The position numbers and the translations under genes were made by a program. Positions 62,924 through 64,000 of a stretch of 64,000 nucleotides of DNA are shown here, piece by piece. Origin of the DNA: Syntrophorhabdales bacterium (GTDB taxonomy: Bacteria; Desulfobacterota; Syntrophorhabdia; Syntrophorhabdales; WCHB1-27); the NCBI GenBank assembly GCA_050012495.1, contig JBEKHB010000009.1:6460-70459 (forward strand). Direction: 5' to 3'. Position 1 is the stretch's first letter, and each line of letters starts with the position of its first letter. The notes under the pieces were generated by a model, which did no database searches, was not told the DNA's origin, and saw only the letters and a list, made by a program, of their open reading frames with translations.

Positions 62924-64000
62924 ATGGGCAAAAAGATAAAACTCTCCGTAGGCATCTTCGTGGCGGTCGTTTTTATGCTGGGCTTTCTGGCCGGGGCTCA
63001 GTCAAACAAGATCGTCAAGAACGCTGAGGGAGAAGAGGCATACCAGTACTTGAAGACGTTCTCCGATGTGCTCGACATAGTGAAGAAGAACTATGTCGAC
63101 CAGGTCAAGGACCGTGATCTGATCTACGCGGGCATCAAGGGTATGGTCGAATCTCTCGACCCTCACTCCTCTTTTCTGACTCCCGACATGTATAAGGATA
63201 TGCAGACGGAGACGAAAGGCGAGTTTGGAGGCATAGGCATAGAGGTCACCATAAGGGATGGGGTGCCGACGGTGATCACGGCGATAGAGGATACGCCTGC
63301 CTTCAAAGCCGGACTGAAATCCGCCGACATGCTCATCAAGATCGACAACAAACCCACGAAAAATATGAGCCTCGTCGATGTGGTAAGGCTTATCAGGGGA
63401 CAGAAAGGCAAACCCGTCACGCTCTCGGTGATGAGGGAAGGCTTCAGTTTTCCCAAGGATTTTCAAGTGCTCCGCGATATCATCCAGGTGAAAAGCGTGA
63501 AGTACAGGATGCTCGACGATTCGTACGGGTATATCCACATCATCCAGTTCCAGGAAAAGACGGGAAAGGACCTGGACGCTGCGATCAAGGAGCTGCAGAA
63601 ATCGGCCAAGGGCGGCCTCAAGGGCATACTGCTCGACCTGAGAAACAACCCTGGAGGACTTCTCGATCAGGCGGTCGAGGTATCCGACAAGTTCATCTCC
63701 GATGGCCTGATCACCTATATAGAGGGCAGGAAGCCCGACGAGAAAGTGACCTTCACCGCCCACAAAAAGAATGATTATACGGGGCCGCTGGTGGTCCTGG
63801 TAAACGAGGGCAGCGCGAGCGGCTCCGAGATCGTGGCAGGGGCCTTGCAAGATTCAAAGAGGGCGATCATCGTCGGGACGAAGACGTTTGGCAAGGGGTC
63901 GGTGCAGACCATTATCCCTCTGAGCGACGGCTCCGCGGTACGGCTCACTACCGCAAAATATTACACGCCCTCCGGCCGTTCGATCCAAGCGGACGGCATC
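62924..64000 (+). CDS. ctpA: Carboxy-terminal processing (S41, Tsp/CtpA) protease, 3' end outside window
   Basis: Not in the ORF track because there is no stop within the window. My translation gives MGKKIKLSVGIFVAVVFMLGFLAG...GEFGGIGIEV (PDZ)...VVLVNEGSASGSEIVAGAL...TFGKGSVQ. Confidence 0.85.
   Translation, partial: MGKKIKLSVGIFVAVVFMLGFLAGAQSNKIVKNAEGEEAYQYLKTFSDVLDIVKKNYVDQVKDRDLIYAGIKGMVESLDPHSSFLTPDMYKDMQTETKGEFGGIGIEVTIRDGVPTVITAIEDTPAFKAGLKSADMLIKIDNKPTKNMSLVDVVRLIRGQKGKPVTLSVMREGFSFPKDFQVLRDIIQVKSVKYRMLDDSYGYIHIIQFQEKTGKDLDAAIKELQKSAKGGLKGILLDLRNNPGGLLDQAVEVSDKFISDGLITYIEGRKPDEKVTFTAHKKNDYTGPLVVLVNEGSASGSEIVAGALQDSKRAIIVGTKTFGKGSVQTIIPLSDGSAVRLTTAKYYTPSGRSIQADGI

Overview
A 64-kb, moderately GC-rich bacterial chromosomal segment. 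Gene content suggests an anaerobe, but I cannot prove a taxon from the sequence. I count about 60 densely packed protein genes, many joined by 1-17 nt start/stop overlaps. I recognised no rRNA, tRNA, CRISPR array, transposase or integrase. All family calls come from reading motifs in the supplied translations; no database search was run.

Layout:
- 0-3.2 kb: a 5'-partial hybrid histidine kinase and two secreted hypothetical proteins.
- 3.4-11.7 kb: envelope and lipid-carrier genes. These are a membrane-fused spermidine-synthase-like protein and tolQ/tolR/tonB-like-uppP, converging on MoxR-VWA-cis-prenyltransferase-DedA.
- 11.9-16.4 kb: housekeeping genes (EF-G paralog, birA, coaX) and a PilZ protein.
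- 16.7-26.6 kb: a Liv-type ABC importer, a FAD / CCG-FeS / FAD dehydrogenase triad and a GntR regulator.
- 26.7-32.6 kb: EamA, an OmpR-type two-component pair, HtrA and an orphan PilC-like gene.
- 32.7-39.7 kb, minus strand: a second, paralogous FAD / FeS / FAD triad with IclR and MFS genes.
- 40.4-51.9 kb: IclR, a four-subunit 2-oxoacid:ferredoxin oxidoreductase with an unusual GltD-like/delta fusion, MFS, UxaA-type dehydratase, a TAT-exported DUF362 protein, a signal-anchored cyclase-family protein and AbfD.
- 52.0-53.7 kb: larB, a larC stub cut after about 46 codons, and a hicB/hicA cassette whose hicA frame has no start codon.
- 53.7-64 kb: a DUF2703-AOR-MoaD-thioesterase operon, an ABC-2 exporter, MATE, a GT39 glycosyltransferase, mnmA and a 3'-partial ctpA.

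The most interesting items are the OFOR delta/GltD-like fusion and the 2-hydroxy/2-oxo-acid island around it, the duplicated FAD/FeS/FAD triads, the polyprenyl-phosphate gene neighbourhood, a promoter-to-terminator unit upstream of tolQ, and an unexplained 440-bp block at 39.8-40.3 kb.
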